DNA of 54,366 bases, filler included, from Perkinsus olseni (Eukaryota): NCBI GenBank assembly GCA_013115125.1. It is 2 parts of 2 records of this genome, joined end to end, with 100 filler letters (N's around TTAATTAATTAA, not from the genome) between each part and the next. Parts side by side here need not be neighbours in the genome. Positions count along the whole stretch, not along the records: positions 1 to 27,142 come from JABANN010000471.1; 1 more part is not named here. One strand, 5' to 3'. Below, piece by piece: positions 11,619 to 22,766 of the stretch. Position numbers and translations under genes: made by a program. The notes below the pieces were generated by a model, which did no database searches, had not been told where the DNA came from, and saw nothing but the letters and a program-made list of their open reading frames with translations. Every line of letters begins with the position of its first letter. The stretch's first letter is position 1.

Positions 11619-14600
11619 ATGCAAGCAGCAGTCGAGAGAGGTCGGAGGTTGCGGGAGTGCCTACCAGCTGTGGCGGCCGCTGTCGACTGGGATGAGCGGA
11701 CGTTCGAAAATGAGGGCCAATCGTTATGGAAGTGCTTACGAGTCGGTATCCTTGACGCCGGCAAGGAGCCGAGGGTGAGGGAAGGGTCCCACCGTGGTCG
11801 TCGGGCATCGCCGCACTTGATCTTGTAGGTGCTTGATGAGATAGAGGACGCTGCAGTGAATGCAGCATGGGAGTTCATATTGAAAATTATGGAGAGATCT
11901 CCGAGAAGCGGACGTCAAGTGAGGTGCTGCAGGCCAGCGAGTTCCCCCACCGCCCGAATAGGTCCTCGAATGTGTTGCGATACTATCACCCTCCGTTCCT
12001 TGGCTGCATGGCTTTGCCAGAGTCAGCTCGCCTTCCAGACTGGCCCTGTGGCGGATAGCTCTGGGCAAGCGTCCCTCACCAGCTGACCCAGCCCAGGTGG
12101 CTCGACTGTTGCCTCGGGAGAGTCCTCGCGATCAGTTGACGGTGGTTCAGGTTATGCATCGGTTGATGTCGGGCGTTCGAGCTGTTGGTGAGAAATCGCC
12201 GAGCTGGGATGACCTACTGCGGCCGTTGGATTCGGTCCTGGCAAATCGCCACTTCCTCGACCAGTTGGTGGATTGTATGAGTAGTGACGAGCGCGCTCAG
12301 TTCACTACGGAGTGCCGAATTGGGCGATTTGTGGTACGTGGCAGCAGCTTGAGCGATGATGAAGTGGCCTCTGAGGGCGCAGTGGAGGGGGGTGAGTGGC
12401 TGAGGACCCAGCGTTGTCGCAATCTTCCCTCTCCCCCTCAGCTTCTGACGGATCGCCCAGCGTCTCCGACCGTCGCATGGCTGAGAGGCCTGGTGTTGAT
12501 GTTGCCTCGGGCAAGGACATAGTCCAGAGCCTTATCACCTCTACGGCAGAGGCTATGGAAGTCGCGTACGGTTGAATGGGGGATGGAGCCAGGGCGCAGT
12601 GGAAGCCGCATACAGCACAGTGCTTCTCGTTTGAAACCTAGCCGAAATGATAGCACCGTGCATTCCTCTAATATCGTCTTTATCATTCCGCGTTGCAGCG
12701 TATCAAGGCCTTCTCTACTGCCATTGTTTTGATGTTTTCCAGCGATTAGAAGTCCCAAATTGAGAGGATCATTCGATCGTATGGGAAGTTGGAGAACTCT
12801 CCTCGATGCCCGCCAGGAGCCGTCGCTCGTTCGTCACGCCCAAAAGTTGTCGATCGCCCCTCCGTGGTCTCCCCTGTGTATTCCGTTTCATTAGGTTCAG
12901 TATTCCTAGCATACTGGAAGCTTGATCAGGTGCGTTGATCACCTCCCCTTCAGGTCCGTATGCCTGGACAACTACTTCCATCTCGATGGGCTGTCCCCCC
13001 AGTGCGACTACAACAACATCGCTCGGCAGTGTCTCCAAGATTTGAAACGGTTATCGGCGCGTCTCGATAACCTAAAGGTCGGTCGAGCACTCACCGCTTC
13101 GCTTCAGTTTGTGTGTAAGCAGGCGAGGCTGTTGTTTTTCGGACCATGTCAAACGGGACGGACCAGTCTCGTTGCAGCACTGGTTGGGTTCCCGATGGAA
13201 ACAGTGGATACAAGGACGGCATGTGAGTCCCATCTCTGTTCTAGTGGCTCTTTGCACGCCATGCAAGGGATGGCTTATCGTGTTCTCAGTGACTACGGAG
13301 TGGCATCACTCGCCCTCGTTGGTGGTCCCTCGGATCGTCATGCCCTTGCAGTTGAATGAGCATCTGCAGGAATGGGAGGCGTCTTTGATGACCAGAAGAC
13401 ACGATGAAGAGGAGGATGGCCCTGCCCTGAGAGCCCCCCTGCCTTGCTCGGCCGAAGGGGTGAGTACGGCTTATCCTGACCTTGGTTGTCGATCGTCGCG
13501 GCTCCGGGATGCTACGGATTTATCGACTAATGCTTCGGTTACGAATTGTTATGGGCTCCTGAAGAGAATCAGAGAACGGTTCATTGGATATTGGAAACGC
13601 TTTACTTGCGTTCCCCTTCAGGTGGAGGCCGTAAATGCTTTGATGCAGCGTGTCAACGGCATCGTCTGGGCTGGCCGGGAGAAGGGTATAATAACGGAAC
13701 AGCAGGCCAGGCTTCTCACCCATCCAGAGATGGCTCTGTCAATATTCACAGACTTCGGCCACCCAACTTCGAGTACGTACGCTGCTACTGAGTGTGGTTC
13801 CGCAGCTGGCCTGTAGCTACTCCTGATGGGGATCGACCTGGCGAGCTCATCCTTGTTGACGCCCCGTCACCGGATGGCAAGCTGTTCGACGCGGGGTCCA
13901 TGTCCCAGATGCTGCGCGTCCAGGCAAAGCAGTCCAACGGCATGGTGAGCGGGCAGGGGTAGGCTCGCGTGGATATTTCTTGTAGATTCTGGTTGTCGAT
14001 GCGTCCCGTCATCCGACGGCGGCTGATTTCCCCTCACTGATCAACTTGTTGAGGAGCTTCCAGAGTGACGGCTGCCTCAGGGCGGAGGATCTGTGGATAG
14101 TCGGCAATTGCGTGGACAGACTCCCTGACTTCCACTTGCCGGATGATGGCCGTGCAGGCTGCGAAGCCGCTGCTAGGTGAGCTAATGCTCAGTTTTTAGG
14201 CTCAGTACCTGTCTCAGTAAGGGCTCGTGTGTTGGAGGTCGTCGAGGTGTGTGCCTTGAAGGCTCAGCCTTCAAGAGTGTCGCTCTAACAGGATCTGGTC
14301 GTATAGTGCAACATTGTCGTGCTATTCATCGGAAGACGTTCACTTGTTCCTGAGCTTAGTTCAGCTTAGTTCTAGTCGCTTGGTATATCGATTTTGACTG
14401 TACTGTAGGTCCTCACTGCGGGAGGTCTTCGCTCCTGTCTTGGCCGTCGAGTCGAGGATGGAGAGCGGCAATGAGAGATGCCTCGTCGCATCAGCTCGGC
14501 TAGCTAGTTTGGGAGAGTAAGGCACTACTGGGTGGTGGGTGAAAGTTCGAGTGGATCTTAATTTCGCTGTCGTTGGCGCTCGTCCAAAGCTGCTATCGTC

Positions 14601-16790
14601 ACCGCGACGTTCTAGTCCTTCTCGCTAGGGACGCAGTGACTGGCCCGAAAATGGTAATGGTGGAATCTTGAGGCGACTCGGTGGAACTGTAAAGTTGAAA
14701 CTGAAACGGGGAGTATGATGAGGAAGGTGTTGTGGAAAGCTGTACCTACTCAGTGGCCAGGTACGGCAAGTGGAAGATGCACACCCTGTTCGGTCATGGA
14801 CGGAAGAAGTCCAGCGCTGTTATGAATACTACAGCCATGATGGAACTTGGGAAGGACACTTGGTTTGCCAACGTGAGCTGTCCAACATATCAGGCCACAG
14901 CGCCGTTTCACTTTTGTTCGTTGAATTAACTCGGTTTGACTTGATGCATTCGATCTTCCATCGTTGGTGTTCCATCAGATCGCCTCTGTGCTACACGGCA
15001 TCCACTGGGCCGCATCCGTGAGGGGTATGTCCTTGAAGGCCTGGGACAAGGAGATGAGGGTGCTCATGTCACACGGCAAGGTTCAAGGTGAGAACGTCTG
15101 GTTTTACTGGAGTTTGTGAGACTGGAAGGATGGCAATGGTCATCTCGGCCATCCAGGAGCTTCCTTTTCTCCCTCAGGTCTTGTTGCGTCGTCCATCCTC
15201 GGGCCAGCATGCACGTCGATGATGCAGCGCAGTGTTGAGCTTACGCTACACCAATTACGAGCTATTGTAAGGTCTATCGTCGAAGCCGCTAGGTAGTGAT
15301 ACCTATTCTGTCAGGTTGGCGATTTCACGGAGGAGATCAGTGCCTTGTCCGGCGGCAACGTGGATGATCAGCGAGGAGCTGACTCTCATAAACTGGACCA
15401 ACTTCGCGCAGTTTTTGCTACATTCCTGGCGGACGTTGAGAGTGTAGAGGACTTGTGTATAATCTGCTTTCATGCTTGTTTTTGGTAGAGGGTCGCGGCA
15501 GCATTCTTGGAGCTTCCAGGAGAGGAGGAGAGCTGTGGGGAAGTCATACAGGAAGCGATGAAATCGGACGTAGGAGCAGCTTCACCACGGCCCTGTCGAA
15601 TATCATTTTTCTCCATTCGTCAGGAGCTGGTAAGGTTCGAGGACGTGAGCTCATCGCCGGTGTTGGAGTATCTTCGGAGAGTATCAGAGCAGGCTATGGA
15701 GGAATGGAATGGCGCGTGAGTTTGCTATACGATCCTTTTTCACTGGGTGATATCTTGGTGGCATCATAGTTAATCCCAAGTTGATGCATGGGAGTCTGTT
15801 CACGCAACCTGCTAGGACAGCGCTTCATCGATCTGGATTTCTCGAACTGTGCTACTGCGCTACGCTCGCTCTAGGTACACTGTATGTGCCAACCAGGCAT
15901 ACAAGTCAACGGTGACGGCCTTGGAAAAATGGACCAGAACCGTCGGGCATCACCTTCGGAGGAGTCGGGCGGATGGAGCGTTGCGGAAGCGGGTGGCTGA
16001 GAGGCTCTCGTCTCTCCACGACCGAATATCCGATGGCCCCTTCGAGTGCATTCCACCAGAGAATGCATGGAAGGACATCATCCTTGACACGGTCAAAAAG
16101 TGAGCCTCCTCGCAGCGGCTCGGCGTGCAAGCCTCGATCAGGGACGTAAGCGTCGTCAAGCAGCAGTCTCTGTTCAGTCGAGCGAAGGAGTATGAGCTGC
16201 ATCGGCCTGCAGTGGACAAGTAGGCTCTTCGGTAGGTAGGAATGAAAGGCGATTATCTTAGGTTCCTCCGAGCTTTTCACGCTCTCTGGTCAGCTCAAGT
16301 TGAGGCGGATTCAGTCACCAATTTCGTCAACCCAATCAAGCATAACTTCGAAGAAGTATAGAAGAGCTTGCTTATTCATCCTCAGTATGATACCAGCTCA
16401 GATCTGTGAAGTACTTTGCACGCCACCGAGCTCGCTGGGCGGGGAATCGCCAGACGGCAGCACGGACTTCGCCTTTGTGCCCGTCTTGAGCCGAGCATTA
16501 GACAAGCTCAAGGACTTCCATCTCGGCATGGGAGACGACGGACGGGTAGGGTATGGTTTACAGACCTGAGACCTAGCACTGACTACCGATTTCTAGGACT
16601 CCATGAGATTGGACAAGCAGCGGTGCAAGGGTGTACAAGCTGAAGTCTCAGAGGCAGTAGAGGCCGTGAAGGATATGGATTGGTAGGGGAAGCTACGGAT
16701 CCGAGTTGGCCGCCACCGTTTACTTGCAGTTACCACCGCAAAGAGCTTGGCGGGGTGAGCCCATCAAAGAGCTGGTTTCCTTGGATGTAA
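11619..16790 (+). CDS. Multi-exon hypothetical protein with a degenerate P-loop GTPase-like domain and a helical C-terminal region (may be two genes split at 14520)
   Basis: Chain of exon-sized ORFs with GT-AG borders from MQAAVERG. Motifs LLFFGPCQTGRTSLV (13129-13173), LILVDAP (~13846) and WIVGNCVD (~14094). Donor GTAAGG at 14517 joins acceptor CCAG at 14760 in frame (LASLGE|YGKWKMH). The last exon ends SWFPWM* at 16790. Confidence 0.55.
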
Positions 16791-18195
16791 CAAGTTTCTG
16801 AAACATAAGCTACGTTTCCGCGAGCTTCGCAACTGCGTTCTAGCTTTATCTCTTCCCCCCTGTGTCAATTACGCTCCCTACAGTGAAGCGCGTTGCCGAC
16901 CCATGCACACCCAACCAACGTTTGGCTTATGTGTTTCCTGTCTATGTAGCTCATCTCCCATCACCAATGGAGTAGTGCCCTCCGAGTGGGTTTATTGCCT
17001 CCCTGGCCATAGAAGCGAGTCAGGATTTCTTGCTCGCCCGTACGGCTGAGCCTCAGCCGCTGAAGGAACTCCATGAAACAAGCTCAGGGGGCGTCAGTTT
17101 ACGGCATGGGGATCAGTTTCACCTGGGCCGACTTTTATTATATTTCTCGTTGAGCGGCTCAGTTCGACCATCACTCCGAAGTTCGCGTTGGTGAGAACGA
17201 CGGACTGAGTTGTCTCTCGCGCCTGTATTAGAGACAAACGACCATCTCCCCGGCCAGTCTGGTACAGCTATCTTCAGCTGGACTCCGTGCTAGAGATGGA
17301 TCTATCGTGGATACTTTGCGGACTCGTCGGGTACATCCGCCGATGAAATTCCCACTCCTCTGCGACCGCATCATCGCGTTTGACCGAAGCCAACCCATCG
17401 CCATTCTGGTCGCGAAATCCCGAAATGTGAAACCGCGGTAGCGCCTTGGGTGGTTTCGGGAAATCGCGGTGTTTTGATACGGTTTCACGCGAAGTACTAA
17501 CTTCATTTACTACTTCGAGAAATTGGTGTCGTGGTTACTGGGTGCCCTTCGAGTGGAATGGCGGTAAACACGAAATGAAGACCTTGAAAATGCAAGCCGC
17601 TTCTGCTCAGAATCGCCTGCGCCATTCCGAGAAGCCAAAGGAGGCCTTCCTACCACGGTAAGGCAATCAACAATCAATCTTTTATCTAGCGTTACGCTAG
17701 ATGAGAAGGTGATTCTTGGCAGTGTTCAAAGCTCGACTGAGAAGTTGGTTGCGTTGGAAGACCTGAGTGTTCGCATCGCAGATACCGTTACAACTGTGCT
17801 TGAACACAACAGCGCAGAGTAAGCTCTCTTGGCGTAGCCCAGAGGCAGAGTTGTACTTGTGTACATTGTAACTGAGAAGCTGTGACGGCTAGATTTGCTG
17901 GGCGACCTAGGACGACATAGAAGAGAGGAGTTACATTGTACAGTACTTCAAGGAGAGGCAAGCCAGAGCCAATGGCATCACAGCAATGCACACGAATCAT
18001 GACGAGGGGATTTTGTTCAGTCATTACGATCAGCCACGTCCCTGTTAGGTTGCCCCTACATAGAAAAGAGTATGATGATCAGCCACTCTCCGGCCAGATC
18101 AGCAAATAGCAGATAAGTAGTCAAGTAATACCCTTGAAGTGGTCGCCGGTTGATAAAAAATAATAATAATATGAGTCCTTCTCCAACTGCTCCTC

Positions 18196-18985
18196 TCATA
18201 CCTTTTCTAGGAAATGATAGTCACCTCGCTTGGGAACAAGAACGACTACATCGATGTCCTCCACCAAAGCACCCTCCACCGTGGTCTTGAACAGCGACTG
18301 CATCTTGGTCAGAGCCGGGCTTGAAAAGGTCAGAGTTCGGAAGCTTTGGGGATTACTTGGCCCGAGACTCACCGGGACAACACCAGTGAAGGACACGCTG
18401 GTGTCATCGTTTCTACCACCGATGCTAAGCGCCGCGGTGGGTGGGTCTGCGTCGAGGGCCATGTAAACCTGAGCATACTGTCCTCGGGTCAAACTTTTGT
18501 ATTCATAGAGCTGCTGGGCTGAGAACTCTCTTATACGGCGACTGCTGCCGAAAATAGCAATAGGATCCAATCGGTGAGTAACAGGCCTCCTTCGTGAGCT
18601 TTATAGTAGCCGATCCATCCTTGGGGTATGCATAGACGACATTTGGTTCCTCGGGGGACACCTTGAGGTCGAACAGAACGTCGGCAAAGGGATACCTCAC
18701 GGGATCTAGTTTTTGGCCATCTATTTCAATAATAACCTGACCGTCCTCACCAAGGGTTACGTCGTTGAAGTGTAGATTCATAAACTGGCCGCTCGCAGAG
18801 TTGTATCCAAGTGAAGCGCTAGTTTCAGAATCGTATTGAAACATGAAGCAGGGAAGAGTGCTCAGAGACTCGGCGTCTTGAAGCGAGCAATATCTACCCG
18901 GGGTGAGAGCCTCGGACGGGTTTGCAACAAAGGTGGATATAACGATAGCGGTGATCCCGGCAAAGATTTGGTAACGATGAAACAT
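18196..18985 (-). CDS. Secreted protein with signal peptide, split over two overlapping frames (frameshifted or pseudogene)
   Basis: ORF 18503-18985 begins with hydrophobic MFHRYQIFAGITAIVISTFVANPSEA and has two G(R/S)YC starts. Coding-like sequence continues in another frame (18196-18570). No typical-size intron reconciles the two frames. Confidence 0.55.
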
Positions 18986-19038
18986 CGCTGAATGAACCTA
19001 ATGAAACCCACTTTAAAGAATGTGACTGCAATTTATGA

Positions 19039-19091
19039 TTTAAATTTCGAAAAAGGTATTTAAATTCTAAATACCTTTTTTGAAATTTGAA
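19039..19091. repeat. AT-rich inverted repeat (21-bp stem, 1 mismatch, 5-nt loop)
   Basis: aaatttcgaaaaaggtattta (19042-19062) pairs with taaataccttttttgaaattt (19068-19088). Confidence 0.9.
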
Positions 19092-19897
19092 ATGTATGAA
19101 AGGTCGTATTTTTAAAGTGAATTTTTGAGATCGATTTAAATAATGCAACTTCGTTTTCGAAAAATTTGATAAATTCTATTATATAAGCAATGGAAGTGTC
19201 AATTCTTGGGACTAGGCCTTCGGTGCGCAGGGGGGCGGAGCTCGCATGTAGAATTCAAGCCGAGGGAATAAACAAGTGTACTGATAAGTCCACATGGACT
19301 TCGTATAAACTTGGTGTGTTGAGCTGCTTTGTCGTATGTTTCCTCCGATAAGTTACTGTCACATGTGTCACCAGAGATGACAACTACGAGCTCCAGTTTC
19401 GGTCTTTCAGCGATTGTTGAGCTTTTGACTTCGTGTTGCACGAAGCTTGCTTAGGGATCGACTTCGACATGCATAAAATAGGAATGGAAATTCGTGAAAA
19501 GGATGTGGAAAAATATCGATCACCAGAAATTGAAACGAAAATAGATAATATGGAAGAGTCAATTCTTGGAATCGATCGGTGTATAAGATGAAAGGCTCTA
19601 TACTATAAGTCTCAGAGAAATACTTTTGGAGAGCGTGCTTTTCCAGCATGGGAATTAGCTTCTTCTGCGGTTACTTGTAAATTACAAGTTGTAATAGCGT
19701 TATCATACTTCAATTCAAGCGACGCAGTCCGAACTCAACTATACTGGCGGCATGGCTGATCTTGGGCTGCCTCTTATCGGACGTGTACATCCCAGCATAC
19801 CCCCAGGGGTGGGTCTCTATGACAGTCCCCGTTGGGGATAGATAATCACCCGTTGAAGACCTGCATCACCTCCTTAGTTTGTTCTCTCAACACCATC

Positions 19898-22517
19898 ATG
19901 TGCAGCTTCCTCGTCGTAGCTGCGAGCTTGTCACTCATATATAATCTCTCCCAAGTAACACGGCGTCAGCGGAACCGCGGGCCCGACCATCACTCCGAAG
20001 TTCGCGTTGGTGACTACATTTTCATCCACGACTTGCTCCACATGACGGGCCCGCTCACACCGCAACCGTTCCTATCGGACGATCGCTCAATCGCCGTTGT
20101 GTTCAATGGTGAAATCTACAACTACAAGGAGCTCTGTCCAACTTGTCTGAGTGATGGCGAGTGCCTGGTGGGACTGTATACAACCTATGGCGCCCCGATG
20201 TTTGCCCGGCTGCTTGACGGGGAGTTCGCGATTGTTATTCATGACTTTGCGCGGCAGGTAGCCGTTCTAGCCTCTGATCCATTCGGCACGAAACCTTTAA
20301 GTTACGCCTGCGACTCTCGCGGGGTCCACGCGGCCACTTACGAATCTTCCCTCATAGGCTTGGGCTTGGAGGCTCGTCACGTGCCGCCGAATACTGTGTT
20401 GGAGATTTCCCTCGATGGTGGGTGCCGCGAGACACCACTAGGGCCGACCTTCGAGTTCGACTTGCGCCAATTCAAGACGGACACTTCAGACTGGCAGCGA
20501 GCTTTCACGGCTGCGGTGGAGAAGCGTGTGAGGTATGCCCGACCTGGGGCGGTCTTCTTAGGGCTGTCGAGCGGATACGATAGCGGTGCCATTCAGTCCG
20601 CGTTGGTGGGCATGAGCAGACCCCACTCGGCTTACTCGATCTACTCTCAGGAGGACCTGGGCATCCTCGAGGCTCGGGCTGAGTACAGCCGGAATGTCTC
20701 TGATTCAACCTTGTTCATCCTCACTGAGGGGGGCCTGGCTCTGAGCCACACCATTCTGCAAGAGCGTGGTGAGCCTTTCCATTACTCCCAACGTGGCCGC
20801 CTTGGTATGATGTTCGACGACCCAGCAGCGTCCGGCATGGCCTTCATTTGCGGAGTAGCCCGAGAAGAAGGCCGGACGCTGTACCTCAGTGGCACTGGGG
20901 CGGATGAGACCATCAGTGACTACGGTTTCAACGGCACTCGAATTTTCCCGCATAGTGATTTTGGCGGCCTGTTCCCGACGGACTTGGAAGGACTCTTCCC
21001 GTGGCAATCATTTTTCTTGGGAACTCAGCGGGATTACTTGATGAAGGAGGAAATGGTGGCAGGTGCCTTCGGTATAGAAGCGCGGTATCCCTTCCTGGAC
21101 CGGAGGGTCGTCCAGGAGTACTTGTGGTTAACGGCCGATGTGAAAAATAGTGAATATAAGAAGCCCGTGGCCGACTTCCTCGAGGGGAGTCTCTATCCTG
21201 TCCTTGAAGGGAAGCGAGGTTTTGATGCACACGTTAATATCCTCCCCGGGGTCGATCTCTCCCAACGCGTCGTGCTGGGTACGACGCAGGGCGGTGGCAT
21301 GCCACCTACGGCCAGGCAGGACGATCTCTGGAGGCTAGAGGCAGAGCTTGACCGAGCTAGGCTCTTTGCGGAGAGCTTGCAATCGTCTTTCCTTCATATG
21401 CAGACGTGGTGGTATGTGAGGTTACAGCAGACCCTGCGGAGACCGTGGCCGGCCACTCACTTGCCAAACGAGGGCATCGTCAAGGCAATCACGTGCGTGA
21501 CGGATCAGAACGATACTGTAGCTGACCTCCCCGTGTTCAAGATACTGCAAGCGACTTCTCCCGTTACCGTTGTTAATACGTGTGCCGACCTTAGGAGTTC
21601 CGATTGGAGTGGTATGAATGTGAGAGTAAAGTCCTACGCGGACTACCTCTCTAGGGAACCTCCGGATGATGCACTGTATATAGTTGTTGATGGCATGGAC
21701 GTATTCTTCAACGACTTGAGTAGACTTTCAGACACCAGGGGATTGGCGGTCGACCAATTCATAAAGGAAGTCTTCGAAACGTTCGGCAAGCCGATAGTGC
21801 TGTCCACCGAGCGCCTGTGCGGATGGGGCGGCGCCAACGAGTGCAGCGACGAAGAGATCGCCAGGTTCCCCGAGGCCTCGACCGACAGTCGTTTCCTTAA
21901 CGCGGGTGCTTACATGGGTGGCAGAGACGCCCTCCTCAGCATGCTGTTATGGGTGATAGAATTCGCTGGTACCGCCGACTTCAAATCGGACCAAAGGCTG
22001 TTCTTCGAGTTCTACTGGTCGCATCCTCATCTCGTTGCCTTGGACCATCAACAACTTCTCTTTGGCAACTTCATAGAGACTGTGGGCGTGCCGTGTCCCG
22101 ATGGTTGGAAGCCTCCGTGTGCTCACCAGCCATGCTGCACAATTAGTGATGACTTCGGGCTCTTCAACGAGACACTAGGCCTCTATGAAATTCGGGGCTG
22201 CGAGGTGGCGCGCAGAGCTGATAGCGGCGATCACCGACTCCCCATTGCTTGGCACGGAAATGGCGTTGGAAAGTGGATGTTCCTGCTGGTACGTCGCCAC
22301 AGTTGCATCGCTCCGCCTGCCTCGCTTTACGGATGAGGGGCGAAGCGGTTGTTTTCAGATCGTCGATGAGCTTGCTCGACAGTGCCCTCCGGTTGCGGAA
22401 GCCATCCTCAGTTCTACGAGTGCCGACAATATACTAAGCGGCTTTGCGGCCATAGCGCATCACCAGGAACGCAGCGAATCCTATAGAGCCGCTACGGCGT
22501 CCAGGGTTGGAGGGTAA
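19898..22517 (+). CDS. Glutamine-hydrolysing asparagine-synthetase-like amidotransferase fused to a PLOD-type (GT-A) glycosyltransferase domain
   Basis: Start MCSF gives the Ntn Cys nucleophile. AsnB motifs: RGPD, VVFNGEIYNY, LDGEFA, DPFGTKPL, LSSGYDS, LSGTGADE, EARYPFLD. C-terminal GT motifs: YIVVDGMDVFF, IVLSTERLC, RFLNAGAYMG, SDQRLF, LDHQQLLF, HGNG. One intron (22289-22358); stop at 22515-22517. Confidence 0.88.
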
Positions 22518-22766
22518 CTGTAATAGCGCATAAGATGGCATGTCTTGTAACTCCGTGTAGCTTGTGTATTCTGTCTCTAACGACCGCTATGGACTTGACT
22601 TGCCAATTCAGTCAAATGAAAACTCTGAGTGACCACTTTTGATTCGGGCCCTGAACGCGGCCAGACCTTGTGAACTCCCTACCGGGGTCTCCTAGTTGTA
22701 GTGTTGTTGTACTACCTCTTTGGAGTCTTCGGAACTCGCAGAAGTTGCAGGATTGCCATCTTGAAG

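Noticed and set aside
17228-18024. Short ORFs between the GTPase-like and secreted genes
   Set aside because: No motifs and no consistent splice model; could be decayed sequence.
19832-19897. Upstream TTG start given in the ORF track for the AsnB fusion
   Set aside because: Ntn amidotransferases need Cys at position 2, which places the start at ATG 19898 (MCSF).
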